Source: Archangiaceae bacterium
Lineage (GTDB): Bacteria > Myxococcota > Myxococcia > Myxococcales > Myxococcaceae
Reading direction: 5' to 3'
Length of the DNA stretch: 64,000 nt
Assembly (NCBI GenBank): GCA_040381015.1
Contig: JBEIIB010000006.1
Span: 1-64,000 of the forward strand
Below are positions 46,540-55,812 of the stretch, one piece after another. Each line of letters begins with the position of its first letter. Position 1 is the first letter of the stretch. The notes beneath the pieces are model-generated. The model was not told where the DNA came from and did not search any database. It saw only the letters and a program-made list of their open reading frames with translations. The translations under genes were made by a program, and so were the position numbers.

Positions 46540-46557
46540 GTGGTGGTCCTCAGTCTT

Positions 46558-48069
46558 CTACGCCTTCGACGATTCACCACCTGCTTTCTGCACCTGGCGC
46601 TTCACACCCTGGGTCACGGCCCACGCGGCGAGGCCGATGCCGAAGATGACGCTGACCCAGATGGTGAGTGAGGGAACGGCGTAGAGGCTCCCGCTCCCCA
46701 GGGGCAGCGAGAGGCCTGCCAGGCCCGCCAGCACGGCATCGAACGCGGGGTCGCTCGCGTGACCGAGCTTCACCAGCATCAGGCCAGACGACGTGAAGCC
46801 GACGTAGAGCATCCAAGCGGAGGCGCAGAGGTAGAGGAACGCAGCCGCGAGGCCCACCGCGCTCGGTCTCGGCGTTCCCTCGAGCGGCTTCACGGCGAGG
46901 CGGAAGAGGCCGGCGACGGTGAGCGCCGCGAAGAAGACCAGAATGGCGCCGACGTTCGCGAGCACCGTGCGGAGCTCGTGGGTGAAGAGCACCAGGAGCG
47001 AGAGGGCTCCCTGGAGCAGCACCGCCGCGGTCGGCGCCTGGCCCTCTGTCCCCGCGAGGAACGAGGGCAGCACGCCGTCCTTCGCCATCACCGCGTACAC
47101 CCGCGGGCCGACGAGCGTCATGGCGCTGATGGCCGAGATGAAGAGCACCAGGGTCACTGCGCTCATCACCTTCGCCGCGCCCGCACCGAGCAACTTCGCC
47201 ATCACGGCCTGGCCGAGCGTCACGGTGTCGAACTGGGCGGCGCCCGAGGTGAACGCATCGTACCGGAACACCACCGTGCCCTGCTCAGGGGTGAGGTTGG
47301 CGACGAAGATGAAGTTCACCACCAGGTACAGCAGCGCCACGACGAAGCAGCCGATCATCATCGCGCGCGGCACGGTGCGCTCGGGCTCCTCGAAGTCGTC
47401 AGCCGCGTACACCGCCGCGTTCCAGCCCGAGTAGGCGAACGCGATGTAGAAGAGGCTCGACGCGAACCCGCTGAAGCTCTCTCCATCAAACGACGGCGGC
47501 GTCCACGTCGGCCACGCAGCCGAGCCCGCGAACAGGCCCACCAGCACGAAGCCCATCAGCAGCGCGACCTTCACCGCGACGAGCCCGTTCTGCACCCGCG
47601 CCGACAGGTGCAGCCCGAGCGCGTGGAGCAGGGTGAGGAGGATGATGAGGCCAGCTCCGAAGAGGCGCGGGTCGAGCACGGGGAAGAGGACCCGCGCGAA
47701 CGCTCCGGCCGCGAGCGCGTCGAGAGCGATGGGCGCCGAGAAGCCGACGAGCAGCGAGCCCCAACCTGCGACGTACCCGAGCGCCGGGTGCAGCAGCGTA
47801 CCGACGTACCGGTACTCGCCGCCGCCAGACGGAAGGAAGCGGGCGATCTCTGCGTACGCGCGCGCTCCGGCGAGCGCGAGGACTCCACCCACCACCCAGG
47901 CGAGCAGAATGGTGCCGGGCTTCATCGACTGCGCCATGAAGCCGGTGGAGAGGAAGACGCCGGCGCCGACCATGTTGGCGATGACGAGGCCGACGCCCGA
48001 CCACAGCCCGAAGGAACGAGTGGTGCTCACGAAGCGGCGGGGTGTACCGCAGCACCGCGCTGAATACAT
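46558..48069 (-). CDS. APC-family amino acid permease
   Basis: ..GLWSGVGLVIANMVGAGVFLSTG..LLAWVVGGVLALAGARAYAEIARFLPSGGGEYRYV.. matches the APC signature. 12 TM helices. Start chosen at MYSARC (48067-48069). The upstream ORF extension is low-complexity. Confidence 0.85.
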   Translation of the reverse strand: MYSARCCGTPRRFVSTTRSFGLWSGVGLVIANMVGAGVFLSTGFMAQSMKPGTILLAWVVGGVLALAGARAYAEIARFLPSGGGEYRYVGTLLHPALGYVAGWGSLLVGFSAPIALDALAAGAFARVLFPVLDPRLFGAGLIILLTLLHALGLHLSARVQNGLVAVKVALLMGFVLVGLFAGSAAWPTWTPPSFDGESFSGFASSLFYIAFAYSGWNAAVYAADDFEEPERTVPRAMMIGCFVVALLYLVVNFIFVANLTPEQGTVVFRYDAFTSGAAQFDTVTLGQAVMAKLLGAGAAKVMSAVTLVLFISAISAMTLVGPRVYAVMAKDGVLPSFLAGTEGQAPTAAVLLQGALSLLVLFTHELRTVLANVGAILVFFAALTVAGLFRLAVKPLEGTPRPSAVGLAAAFLYLCASAWMLYVGFTSSGLMLVKLGHASDPAFDAVLAGLAGLSLPLGSGSLYAVPSLTIWVSVIFGIGLAAWAVTQGVKRQVQKAGGESSKA

Positions 48070-48112
48070 GTGTCCTCGCCTCGTCCGTGCCGTTCGGAGA
48101 TTCTGCGCGAAC

Positions 48113-49672
48113 ATGCACGCCAGGCTCGCAGTCCTCACGGTGACCGTCTTCGCGTCGTTCGGGTGCTCCGCAGCGTTTCTGGCGGCGAAGCGTGGGCAGG
48201 ATGCGCTCGACCGCGGCGACGTCGAAGCGGCGATGGCGGAGTACTGGTCGGCCTGCCGGCAGAGCGACGACAAGGACTGGTGCGAGCGCGCTGACCGGCT
48301 GTACCTCGACTTGAAGGTGACGCTGCTCACCGAGGCGACGCCGGTGTGCGGTCAACGCGGCCAGGAGCGGAGGTGCTTCGACATTCTCAACCGTGCGCGA
48401 CGCATCAAGGATGACCCACAGCTCGCCGCGCTCGCTGACGCGTCGGGAGGGACGTGGCTCGAGGCGTGCCGCGCGTCACCGGTGAACACCCCCATCGACG
48501 CCGTCGTTCGCGTGCGCTGCATCAGCACGGTGAAGGCCGACGTGAACACGCCGGCCTACGAGCAACAGCTGACCCGGGAGCGACAGCAGCTCGCGCAGTT
48601 CGTCGGCGCGCAGGCGAAGGTCGCGTCGGACAGCGGGCTGAAGGCGAACGCGGTCGGTCTGGGTTCGCTCGCGCGGTGCTTCTCGAAGGACGCCGTGTTG
48701 CCCGTGCCGCTCGACGTGCTCAATCGCGAGTTGCTGGTGAGGCTGCCGGTGTCTGCGGCGCTCGCGAGCGATGGGTTGGTCTCGGCGTCAGGCGCCTGCG
48801 CGGACCTGCAGCGGCTCTCGAAGGGCCGGCTGCTGTGTGTCGCCACCGGCGCCGAGGTCGGCGTTCGCGTGGGCCTCTCTCGCAGTCAGATGAGCCATGA
48901 GTGGAACGACACGCTCCACGATGTCACCTACGTCGCGCGCCGGGAGCGCTACGACAACCCCGAGTGGTACCGGCTCGAAGGCCGCCGCGTCGAGTGTGAA
49001 CGAAACGCGCGGACCGCGAGGCAAAACGCGAAGTTGGCGGCCGATGACTGCTCGCTCGCGCAGAGCGACCTGAGCCGCGCGCGGTATTGTCAGAACTGCG
49101 AGGCCAGGCGAAACGAAGAGGCGTTCTGCCGCCGCAAGTCGACGATGGAGGACCTGCGTCGTGACGCGGAGCGCGAGCTCGACGACGTGGAGTCGCACCA
49201 GCGCCGAACCGACCGGGAGCTCATCAGGGAGATCACCGACGTCTACCGGTACACCCGCCGCACGCACACGTGGCGGCAGAACTTCCGTGTCGTCATCGCT
49301 GCCGCTGGGTCGCAGCTCCGCTCGCGTGACTTCACGGTGACGCTCACGCGCACGGGCGTCGACCAACCCGACTTCCAGCCGGCTGGCGTGAGTGGCTCGA
49401 CGGCGCGCGTGCCGAGTCAGGACTCGCTGGACGCTGACGGTTTCGAGGAACTCGAAGAGGCGCTCGGAGCCTGGGTGAACGAGTCGCTGGGCACGCTGGC
49501 GCAGGCGCGGGAGGCGACCTGTTCGCCGGAGCAGGGCCGCCCGCAGCAGCTCGAGTGCAGGGTCGGCGCAGCGTTCCTGCGTGGCGAGGAGCCGGGCCGG
49601 TTCTACGTCGCCGAGTTGGGGAGAGATGCAGACCGCGTGGCGAAGTACCCCGCAGCGCCGTGTTCGCCGTGA
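48113..49672 (+). CDS. hypothetical lipoprotein (Cys- and Arg-rich, coiled-coil-containing)
   Basis: MHARLAVLTVTVFASFGCS (lipobox). 519 aa. The ORF is open from 47633; start taken at ATG about 48113. Divergent from the permease. Confidence 0.55.
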   Translation: MHARLAVLTVTVFASFGCSAAFLAAKRGQDALDRGDVEAAMAEYWSACRQSDDKDWCERADRLYLDLKVTLLTEATPVCGQRGQERRCFDILNRARRIKDDPQLAALADASGGTWLEACRASPVNTPIDAVVRVRCISTVKADVNTPAYEQQLTRERQQLAQFVGAQAKVASDSGLKANAVGLGSLARCFSKDAVLPVPLDVLNRELLVRLPVSAALASDGLVSASGACADLQRLSKGRLLCVATGAEVGVRVGLSRSQMSHEWNDTLHDVTYVARRERYDNPEWYRLEGRRVECERNARTARQNAKLAADDCSLAQSDLSRARYCQNCEARRNEEAFCRRKSTMEDLRRDAERELDDVESHQRRTDRELIREITDVYRYTRRTHTWRQNFRVVIAAAGSQLRSRDFTVTLTRTGVDQPDFQPAGVSGSTARVPSQDSLDADGFEELEEALGAWVNESLGTLAQAREATCSPEQGRPQQLECRVGAAFLRGEEPGRFYVAELGRDADRVAKYPAAPCSP

Positions 49673-49771
49673 GCTGACGCCAGCTCCGCCCTCTCGCGTC
49701 GTCGGGTACGAGTTCACCTCCACTCGAAAAGCCGGCTCCTCGCGCTCGAGCCGGTCGCCTATCATCGGCGG

Positions 49772-52618
49772 GTGCGGCTGCGTTGTCCGGAGTGTCTGAC
49801 GATCGTGACTGTCGACGACGCGACGCCGGCCGAGCGGCTCCCGACGCATTGTTCCCGGTGCGCGATCAATCGAACGATGCAGGCTGAGGCTGCTCCGGCC
49901 CCGCGCCTTCAGGTCGTCACGCGACTTCGGTGTGCGCGTTGCGAGAACACGTGGGACTGGCCCGCGCAGGAACTCGAGGCGACCGGCGCGAGGGTGCAGT
50001 GTGGCCGCTGTCACCTGATGTTCGAGCCCGGAGCGCGTGACGGAGAACCGTCTGACTCCGCCCCGGACGAGCGCGTCGTCCTCGGAACGCCTCGTGCGTC
50101 TGCGCAGACGCTGGTGTTTTCATCCGAGCCCCCGCCAAGGAAGGTGATGGTCTTCGGGACACCGTCAGAGCCTCCCGCAGGGCCATCAAGAACCAATCAA
50201 ACGATGTTCTTTGGGCCGCCTGCTGCTGCACCGCCGCCCGCGTCGGATGAGGGAGGACGTCCGTCAGCGACCGGCAGGGGCAACAGGTTCGGCGCAGAGC
50301 CGCTACCACCGCGGACGAGGGCCATCTCTTTCGGGGTCGGTGGGGTGCTCCAACTCGACGCCTCGCGGCGCCCGCGACCAGCCTCAGTGAAGGACCCGCG
50401 TGTCGGCGATCGTGGTGACGAGTGGCGAACCATCGACGCGACCTGTCCCGACTGCCAGGAACGCTACGAAGTGTCGTACTCGGAGGTGCCCGAGGGTGGA
50501 CGCCTCGTTCAGTGCGGTCGGTGCCGAAGTGCCTATCGTATCTTCAGGCTCGGCGAGCAGCCTGCCGAGGCACCTCGACAACGCCTCGTTCGCTGTGGCC
50601 TGTGTCAGGCCTCGTGGGAACTCACAGCGCAGGCCATCTCGAGTGACGCCGAGGTGTCGTGCCCGGGGTGTGGCCATCGCTTCCGCCCATCACTCGGCCC
50701 ACCAACTCCTGCAGTCGAGGCGGCCGAGAGCTACCGCGGTCATGTCGGACGCGTCACGTTTGGCACGCCACACAACCAGGTGATGATTTTCGGATCGCCG
50801 CAGCCGAGTCTCCCAGGCGCCGAGGGCCGACGCGACGAGCTGCGCTTCAGGCTGCCACTGCCACCCCCTGCGCCGCGCGACCCGGTGCAGCGCGTTCAAT
50901 GCGGCAACTGTAAGGCGTCATGGGATCGCACGCCCGACGAGCTCGCCGCGGGGTCGTTTTGTGCGGAGTGCCAGCACCCGCTCGGCGGCCACCCGGGTCC
51001 TCCGCGGGCAGTCAGGACGGTCCGTCAGGTTCCCGACCGGAATGAACGTGAGCTGGTGCGATGCGAGGCGTGTGGCACCACGTACCTCGTCGACGCGCAC
51101 GTCGTTGCCAGGGCCGCCCAGGTGCAATGCACCCAGTGTCTGCATGTCTTCGCCGCGCATCGCCCGGGTTCGACGCATCGTCTGCCGCCGAACGTGCCGT
51201 CAGAATTCTTCGATGATGAGCCGATCGCGGAGGCGCCGCCGCCGGCCCCACCGGCGGCCCCGCCGGGTCCTCCGCCTCCGGCCGCGGGGGAGCCGGGTCT
51301 GACGGCGCCTCCGTTTCGTCCTCGCCGGGGGTTCATCGGCGTCACCGCCGCGCGCGCCGGAAGGCACCTTCAGGACCATGGGCGCCGATTGCCCATCGAT
51401 GTCTGGCTCGCGCTCGCCGATCGCCTGGTGGCAACGCTCGACGCGGTGCCCAATCACGCTCCGCAGTTCTGGGCGCGGTGGACCGGCCCACACGCTTTCG
51501 GCGTCGACCTCGACGGTGAGTTCGTCGCCTTCGACGACTCGCAGCAGCGGACCAGACTTCACGAAGACTGGGTGCACCCGACGTTGCGCGGGTTGGGGGA
51601 CTACGAGGTTCTTCAGCCGGTGCGGGTGTGGGCGGTCTGCCGAGCGCTGGTGTGGCTGCTCGACCCCTTCCCGTTCTTGATGGACGCCCCTCACCGTCGC
51701 GAGGAGCGCGTGTTCGAGCACCCGCAGTTGCCGCCAGCTCTTCACGCGGTGCTCGACTCGGGACTCGGGTTGACGGGGCCTGCCGAGCTCCCGGCGCTTC
51801 GCGAGGCCATCACGAAGGCGATCGACGTGAAGCCTGCCTCGAGGGAGCGCGTGAAAGCGGTGATGCTCTCGGTCGGGTGCGAGGTCCCCGAGCCGGACGA
51901 GCTGCCGCCAGCGCTGAGGAACGGGGTGCTTCACGTCCAGCTCGATCAACTGCTCGAGCACGCAGTCCCCATCGCCAGCTTCCCGGCCGACCCGCGCGCG
52001 GTGATGTCCAACCCACTGGCGATGCCGCTGCGGCCCACGCGCACGCTCGAGCTCACGATGCGCACCGACGGTCGTCTGATTCGGCGGGTCCCGGTCACGG
52101 CCGCACTCGGCTTCCCTGAACGAATCGCGCTCCCGCATGGCACCCTGCTCCGCGCAGGCGATCGCGTCCAGCTCGAGCTCTCTCACCCTGAACAGCGGGC
52201 GTTCAAGGTCAGCCTCGAGGCGACGGTCGGCGCTGACGGGTTCGCGACGCCCCTCGTCGACCCGCGGACGAAGGCAGAGCTCGACGTGTTGCAGTCCTCG
52301 CTCGACGCCGAAGCGGTCGGGCCAGCGCTGGTGCCCCCACGCCCCCAGCCTGATTGGCGCCAGGTCGAGGCGCGCTTCTGGAACCCGGAGCCCCCGGGGC
52401 CGGCGCAGCGCATCAGGACGATCCAGACCCGGCTCTGGCTCCTGTTTCTCGTCCTGGTGGTGTCGTCCGTGTTGTCGATTCCCATCATCCTCGTCGCCGG
52501 CGTTCTGGCGTTGCTCGGGGTGGTCACCATGAAGGCGCTCCTGTGGACCAGCGCCATCACCATCGGCGTCCTGGCAGTGCTCCTGGTGTTCAGCTTTGCG
52601 AACCAGTCGACCGAATGA
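49772..52618 (+). CDS. large protein with six MJ0042-family zinc ribbons, Pro-rich linkers, a C-terminal domain and C-terminal TM helices
   Basis: Six paired-Cys ribbons: MRLRCPEC..CSRC; LRCARCENTWDWP..VQCGRCHLMF; TCPDCQERYEV..VQCGRCRSAYRI; VRCGLCQASWEL..VSCPGCGHRFRP; VQCGNCKASWD..FCAECQHPL; VRCEACGTTYLVD..VQCTQCLHVF. Poly-Pro/Ala linker (PPPAPPAAPPGPPPPAA). Two hydrophobic helices at the C-terminus. GTG start. Confidence 0.7.
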   Translation: MRLRCPECLTIVTVDDATPAERLPTHCSRCAINRTMQAEAAPAPRLQVVTRLRCARCENTWDWPAQELEATGARVQCGRCHLMFEPGARDGEPSDSAPDERVVLGTPRASAQTLVFSSEPPPRKVMVFGTPSEPPAGPSRTNQTMFFGPPAAAPPPASDEGGRPSATGRGNRFGAEPLPPRTRAISFGVGGVLQLDASRRPRPASVKDPRVGDRGDEWRTIDATCPDCQERYEVSYSEVPEGGRLVQCGRCRSAYRIFRLGEQPAEAPRQRLVRCGLCQASWELTAQAISSDAEVSCPGCGHRFRPSLGPPTPAVEAAESYRGHVGRVTFGTPHNQVMIFGSPQPSLPGAEGRRDELRFRLPLPPPAPRDPVQRVQCGNCKASWDRTPDELAAGSFCAECQHPLGGHPGPPRAVRTVRQVPDRNERELVRCEACGTTYLVDAHVVARAAQVQCTQCLHVFAAHRPGSTHRLPPNVPSEFFDDEPIAEAPPPAPPAAPPGPPPPAAGEPGLTAPPFRPRRGFIGVTAARAGRHLQDHGRRLPIDVWLALADRLVATLDAVPNHAPQFWARWTGPHAFGVDLDGEFVAFDDSQQRTRLHEDWVHPTLRGLGDYEVLQPVRVWAVCRALVWLLDPFPFLMDAPHRREERVFEHPQLPPALHAVLDSGLGLTGPAELPALREAITKAIDVKPASRERVKAVMLSVGCEVPEPDELPPALRNGVLHVQLDQLLEHAVPIASFPADPRAVMSNPLAMPLRPTRTLELTMRTDGRLIRRVPVTAALGFPERIALPHGTLLRAGDRVQLELSHPEQRAFKVSLEATVGADGFATPLVDPRTKAELDVLQSSLDAEAVGPALVPPRPQPDWRQVEARFWNPEPPGPAQRIRTIQTRLWLLFLVLVVSSVLSIPIILVAGVLALLGVVTMKALLWTSAITIGVLAVLLVFSFANQSTE

Positions 52619-52689
52619 AGCGAGCGACCTCGGTCAGGTGCTTGAAGAACCCGCTGTGCACCGCGCCGTCGTCCTTCGACGCCCTGGGG

Positions 52690-53655
52690 TCACTTCACCT
52701 GCGTCGGAGGCGGAGCTGTTCCGCGATACGCGAGCACGCCTTCGACCAGCGGGAACGCCGCGACCTGTCCGCCGACGGCCCAGACCCCACCTGAGGGATC
52801 GATCCACGCCGCGTGGAGATCGTCGAACACGCCCGGCCCTTCGTCGGTGACCCAGCCCTTGTCGGTGCGCCTGATGACCGAGCCGTTCGCTCCGACAGCC
52901 CAGCCGCCCGTCTCCGACAGACGGACGCCGATCATCTGCTTCAGCTCGGGTGGCGAGACGTCGACCCAGCCCATGCCTTCGTTCTCGAGCACCACGCCGG
53001 TGCCAAAGCCTCCGACGGCCACGAGGCGTGACGCGGTGCCGTGAAGCGTGAAGAGCGTGCGGTTGGTCGGCGTGGAAATCGTCTCGACGGCCGCTCCGTT
53101 CCAATGCAGGCACAGGCCCTTCGAGCCGACGAACCAGACGTCGTCCGCCGCACGTCCCCAGACCTTGAACAGCGAGTTCGTCGTCGCGACGCCAGCCGGG
53201 AGCGGCACGTCTCTCCAGCTCGTGCCATCGAAGCGCCAGGCGAAGGCGTTGGCGTTCCCGTCTCCACCGACGGCCCAGACGTCGGTCGGTGAAGCGCCCC
53301 AGAGGCCGAAGACCGTCGCCATCGTCGGCGCGGGCGGCGGCAGCGCCTCGAAGCTCGACTCCACGCGACGGAGCGTGAGGCCTCGGCTGCCGCCGAAGAA
53401 GACGGGGCCCGTCTCGAAGCCGAACACCCACCAGAGATCGCCTTTCACGCCGGTGTCGAAGCGCTTCCACTGCGCGCCCTCGAGGTGCAGCACTTCGGGG
53501 CCACCGCCCGGGTCGCCGCCGACGGCCCACACGTCGCTGGGCGAACGTCCCCAGACCGAGATCAACGCTCCCGGCTGGTTCCTGAGCGCGACGGACCAGC
53601 GCGCGTCACAGGCGCACAGCAGGAGCAGGAACAGCGGAACGACCCGGCGCTTCAT
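52690..53655 (-). CDS. lipoprotein with repeated VW.VG..G beta-propeller-like blades
   Basis: MKRRVVPLFLLLLCAC (lipobox). Seven or more repeats of ..DVWAVGG../..DVWFVGS../..GGWAVGANG... Confidence 0.6.
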   Translation of the reverse strand: MKRRVVPLFLLLLCACDARWSVALRNQPGALISVWGRSPSDVWAVGGDPGGGPEVLHLEGAQWKRFDTGVKGDLWWVFGFETGPVFFGGSRGLTLRRVESSFEALPPPAPTMATVFGLWGASPTDVWAVGGDGNANAFAWRFDGTSWRDVPLPAGVATTNSLFKVWGRAADDVWFVGSKGLCLHWNGAAVETISTPTNRTLFTLHGTASRLVAVGGFGTGVVLENEGMGWVDVSPPELKQMIGVRLSETGGWAVGANGSVIRRTDKGWVTDEGPGVFDDLHAAWIDPSGGVWAVGGQVAAFPLVEGVLAYRGTAPPPTQVK

Positions 53656-53764
53656 CTTTGACGACCACCAGACCCGAGCGACCTGAAGTGGTCAATCGTC
53701 CTCACGCGCTCGCGCGAGCGGCGTGTGTCCCGGTCCGGACCGATGACCCACACGTGACGTGACG

Positions 53765-55150
53765 TCAGAAGCAGAGCTTGCTGCAGTTCGTCTTGCCGCT
53801 GCGCTCGCACGAGAGCCCTGAGAAGGCCTGCTTGAGCACTTCCCATTCGGCCTTGACGGGGTCGAGCTTCCACACGTCGTTGACGGTTCCGCAGTCGGAG
53901 CGGCCACCGAACATCAGGAAGCCATTTGCTCCGGCGTTGACGAAGACGTGGCCCTCACGACGCTCGGGAGACATCAGGTCGGCCGTCGTGAAGTTCGAGG
54001 GGAAGTCACAGAACCCGTTGCCCGCGGTGAGCAGGGTGTCGCCGGTGCGCACGCGGTCCCACCGATTGGCGGCGAGGTTGATGGCCCACAGCTCGTTCGT
54101 TTCGCCGAGCTGACCGTCGTCATGGCCGCCGAAGACGAGAATGCGGTTGCGGTCAGGGTCAGCCGCCATCGCGGGCCGAATGCGGCCAAGGGGCTTCGTG
54201 CCTGCCAGCGCCAGCGTGGTCCACGCCCGCGTCGAGAGATCGAACGCCACGACGTCGGTGAAGAACGGGCCGAGGAAGGCGTTCGCGTCGCCACCCGAGA
54301 ACGCGACGAGCCGGTTGCGCGGAAGGTCCAGCACCATGCCGTGGAAGAGCCGCGCAGGAGGGACCCCTGCGGTGGGGACCAGCTCGGTCCATGTGTTGTC
54401 GGTGAGGGCCAGCGCGAAGACGCGACCGTTGGGCACGAAGGTGCCGCCGTCGTTGCTGGTGTTGCCACCGAAGACGATGAAGCGGTCGCCCGTCGGATCG
54501 TACACGGCCGTCGCGCTCGAGAGTGGGGGCGGCGGCGCGCCGAGCGTGGTGAGCGGGCTCCAGAGGTGGGTGCCGTCGGCTTCGAAGCGCAGCGCGTGCG
54601 TGTCGTTGTACGTCGTGTACAGGCCCGACGCGCCGGCGCGGTAACGCCCTCCGAAGACGATCAACCGCCGGCGCTTCGTGTCGAAGGCCGTCGCGTGACG
54701 CGAGCGCGGTGACGGGCCCACCTCGGTGGACAGGCGCCAGGTGTTGCACCCGGGAGAGTAGAACCACGTCTCGTCCGAGAACGCCGGTCGGCCCTGGCAG
54801 TTCACCGCGACGCCCGGGTCTCCGCCGAACACGACGAGTTGGTTCCCGACGGCGTCCCAGGCTCCGCCGAAGTCGCTGCGGCCTGTCGGCGAACTGGTGG
54901 ACGCTTCACAGCTGCCCGCGTCTGGCACGACGCCCGCGTCCACTACCGCGCAGGCCCCGCTCGTGCAGCCCGAGACGCAGACCGCGCAGGTGCCGCCCTT
55001 TGCGCCGCAGGCGTCGTTCGTGCTGCCGAGCCGACAGACGCCGGTCGCGTCGCAGCACCCTTCACACGTCGAAGCGTTGCACGGCGGTTTCGTGCCGCAG
55101 CCGCTGAGCACGAGGAGCAGCGTCGCGAGGAGGAGAAATGCAGTCTTCAT
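53765..55150 (-). CDS. Kelch-repeat (galactose-oxidase-like beta-propeller) lipoprotein with Cys-rich N- and C-termini
   Basis: MKTAFLLLATLLLVLSGC (lipobox). Cys-rich CNASTCEGCCDATGVC. Repeated ..LVVFGG../..LIVFGGR../..FIVFGGN../..ILVFGGHDDG../..FLMFGGRSD.. Kelch blades. Confidence 0.75.
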   Translation of the reverse strand: MKTAFLLLATLLLVLSGCGTKPPCNASTCEGCCDATGVCRLGSTNDACGAKGGTCAVCVSGCTSGACAVVDAGVVPDAGSCEASTSSPTGRSDFGGAWDAVGNQLVVFGGDPGVAVNCQGRPAFSDETWFYSPGCNTWRLSTEVGPSPRSRHATAFDTKRRRLIVFGGRYRAGASGLYTTYNDTHALRFEADGTHLWSPLTTLGAPPPPLSSATAVYDPTGDRFIVFGGNTSNDGGTFVPNGRVFALALTDNTWTELVPTAGVPPARLFHGMVLDLPRNRLVAFSGGDANAFLGPFFTDVVAFDLSTRAWTTLALAGTKPLGRIRPAMAADPDRNRILVFGGHDDGQLGETNELWAINLAANRWDRVRTGDTLLTAGNGFCDFPSNFTTADLMSPERREGHVFVNAGANGFLMFGGRSDCGTVNDVWKLDPVKAEWEVLKQAFSGLSCERSGKTNCSKLCF

Positions 55151-55163
55151 CGTTGGTCTCTCT

Positions 55164-55664
55164 TCATGGTCCGAAGGGCACGACGGTTCGGGAGTCCGTG
55201 GCGGAGCGGCCCGCGCTATCGGTCGCGGTGAGTTCCATGGTGACGCGCTTGCCCATGACTTCCGCCGGGTCGGGCACCAAGGCAGTCATGGCGTACCACT
55301 CGAAGAACGAGCGGTTCTTCACCATCGTCACGCGGTAGTCGGTCGACGTCAGGAAAGGCCCATCGGCCAGCCTCACCGTCACCGAGAGGCGAATGAGCTT
55401 TGGATCGAGGGGCGCGCGGATGCGGGCGGAGGCCCAGAGGTGAAAGCCGCCTTGAGGCCCTGCGATGACCCGGGCGCTCTGGCCGTCGCTGAGTCGCTCG
55501 AAGCTCTGGGTTCCTGTCCCGAGCTCGAGCAGGGGAAGCGCACCACCATCTTCGGTCGTCATCGGGCCAGCATCGGCTTCCGGCAGCGTGAGGGTCGGTG
55601 GCGTGCAGCCAACCAGCGCCGCCAGAGCCGTCGTGACCATGATGCTTCGGAACCCAGCCTGCAC
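55164..55664 (-). CDS. small hypothetical lipoprotein
   Basis: ..MVTTALAALVGCTPP (lipobox). 166 aa. Confidence 0.5.
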   Translation of the reverse strand: MQAGFRSIMVTTALAALVGCTPPTLTLPEADAGPMTTEDGGALPLLELGTGTQSFERLSDGQSARVIAGPQGGFHLWASARIRAPLDPKLIRLSVTVRLADGPFLTSTDYRVTMVKNRSFFEWYAMTALVPDPAEVMGKRVTMELTATDSAGRSATDSRTVVPFGP

Positions 55665-55812
55665 GCTGTGCGCCTATCGCCAGCGGCCACGCAACGCAAT
55701 CAGAGCCCGGATGCCCCCGGCCTCGCGCACTGCGCTGACGCGAGCGTCCACGCCAGACCCGGACGTCGACGAGCTCCGTGAAGCAGGCCCGCTCGTGCTA
55801 CGTCGCGACGAC

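Noticed and set aside
48788-50014. 408-aa minus ORF
   Set aside because: Antisense to the 48113..49672 lipoprotein and the zinc-ribbon gene start. Arg/Leu/Glu-rich.
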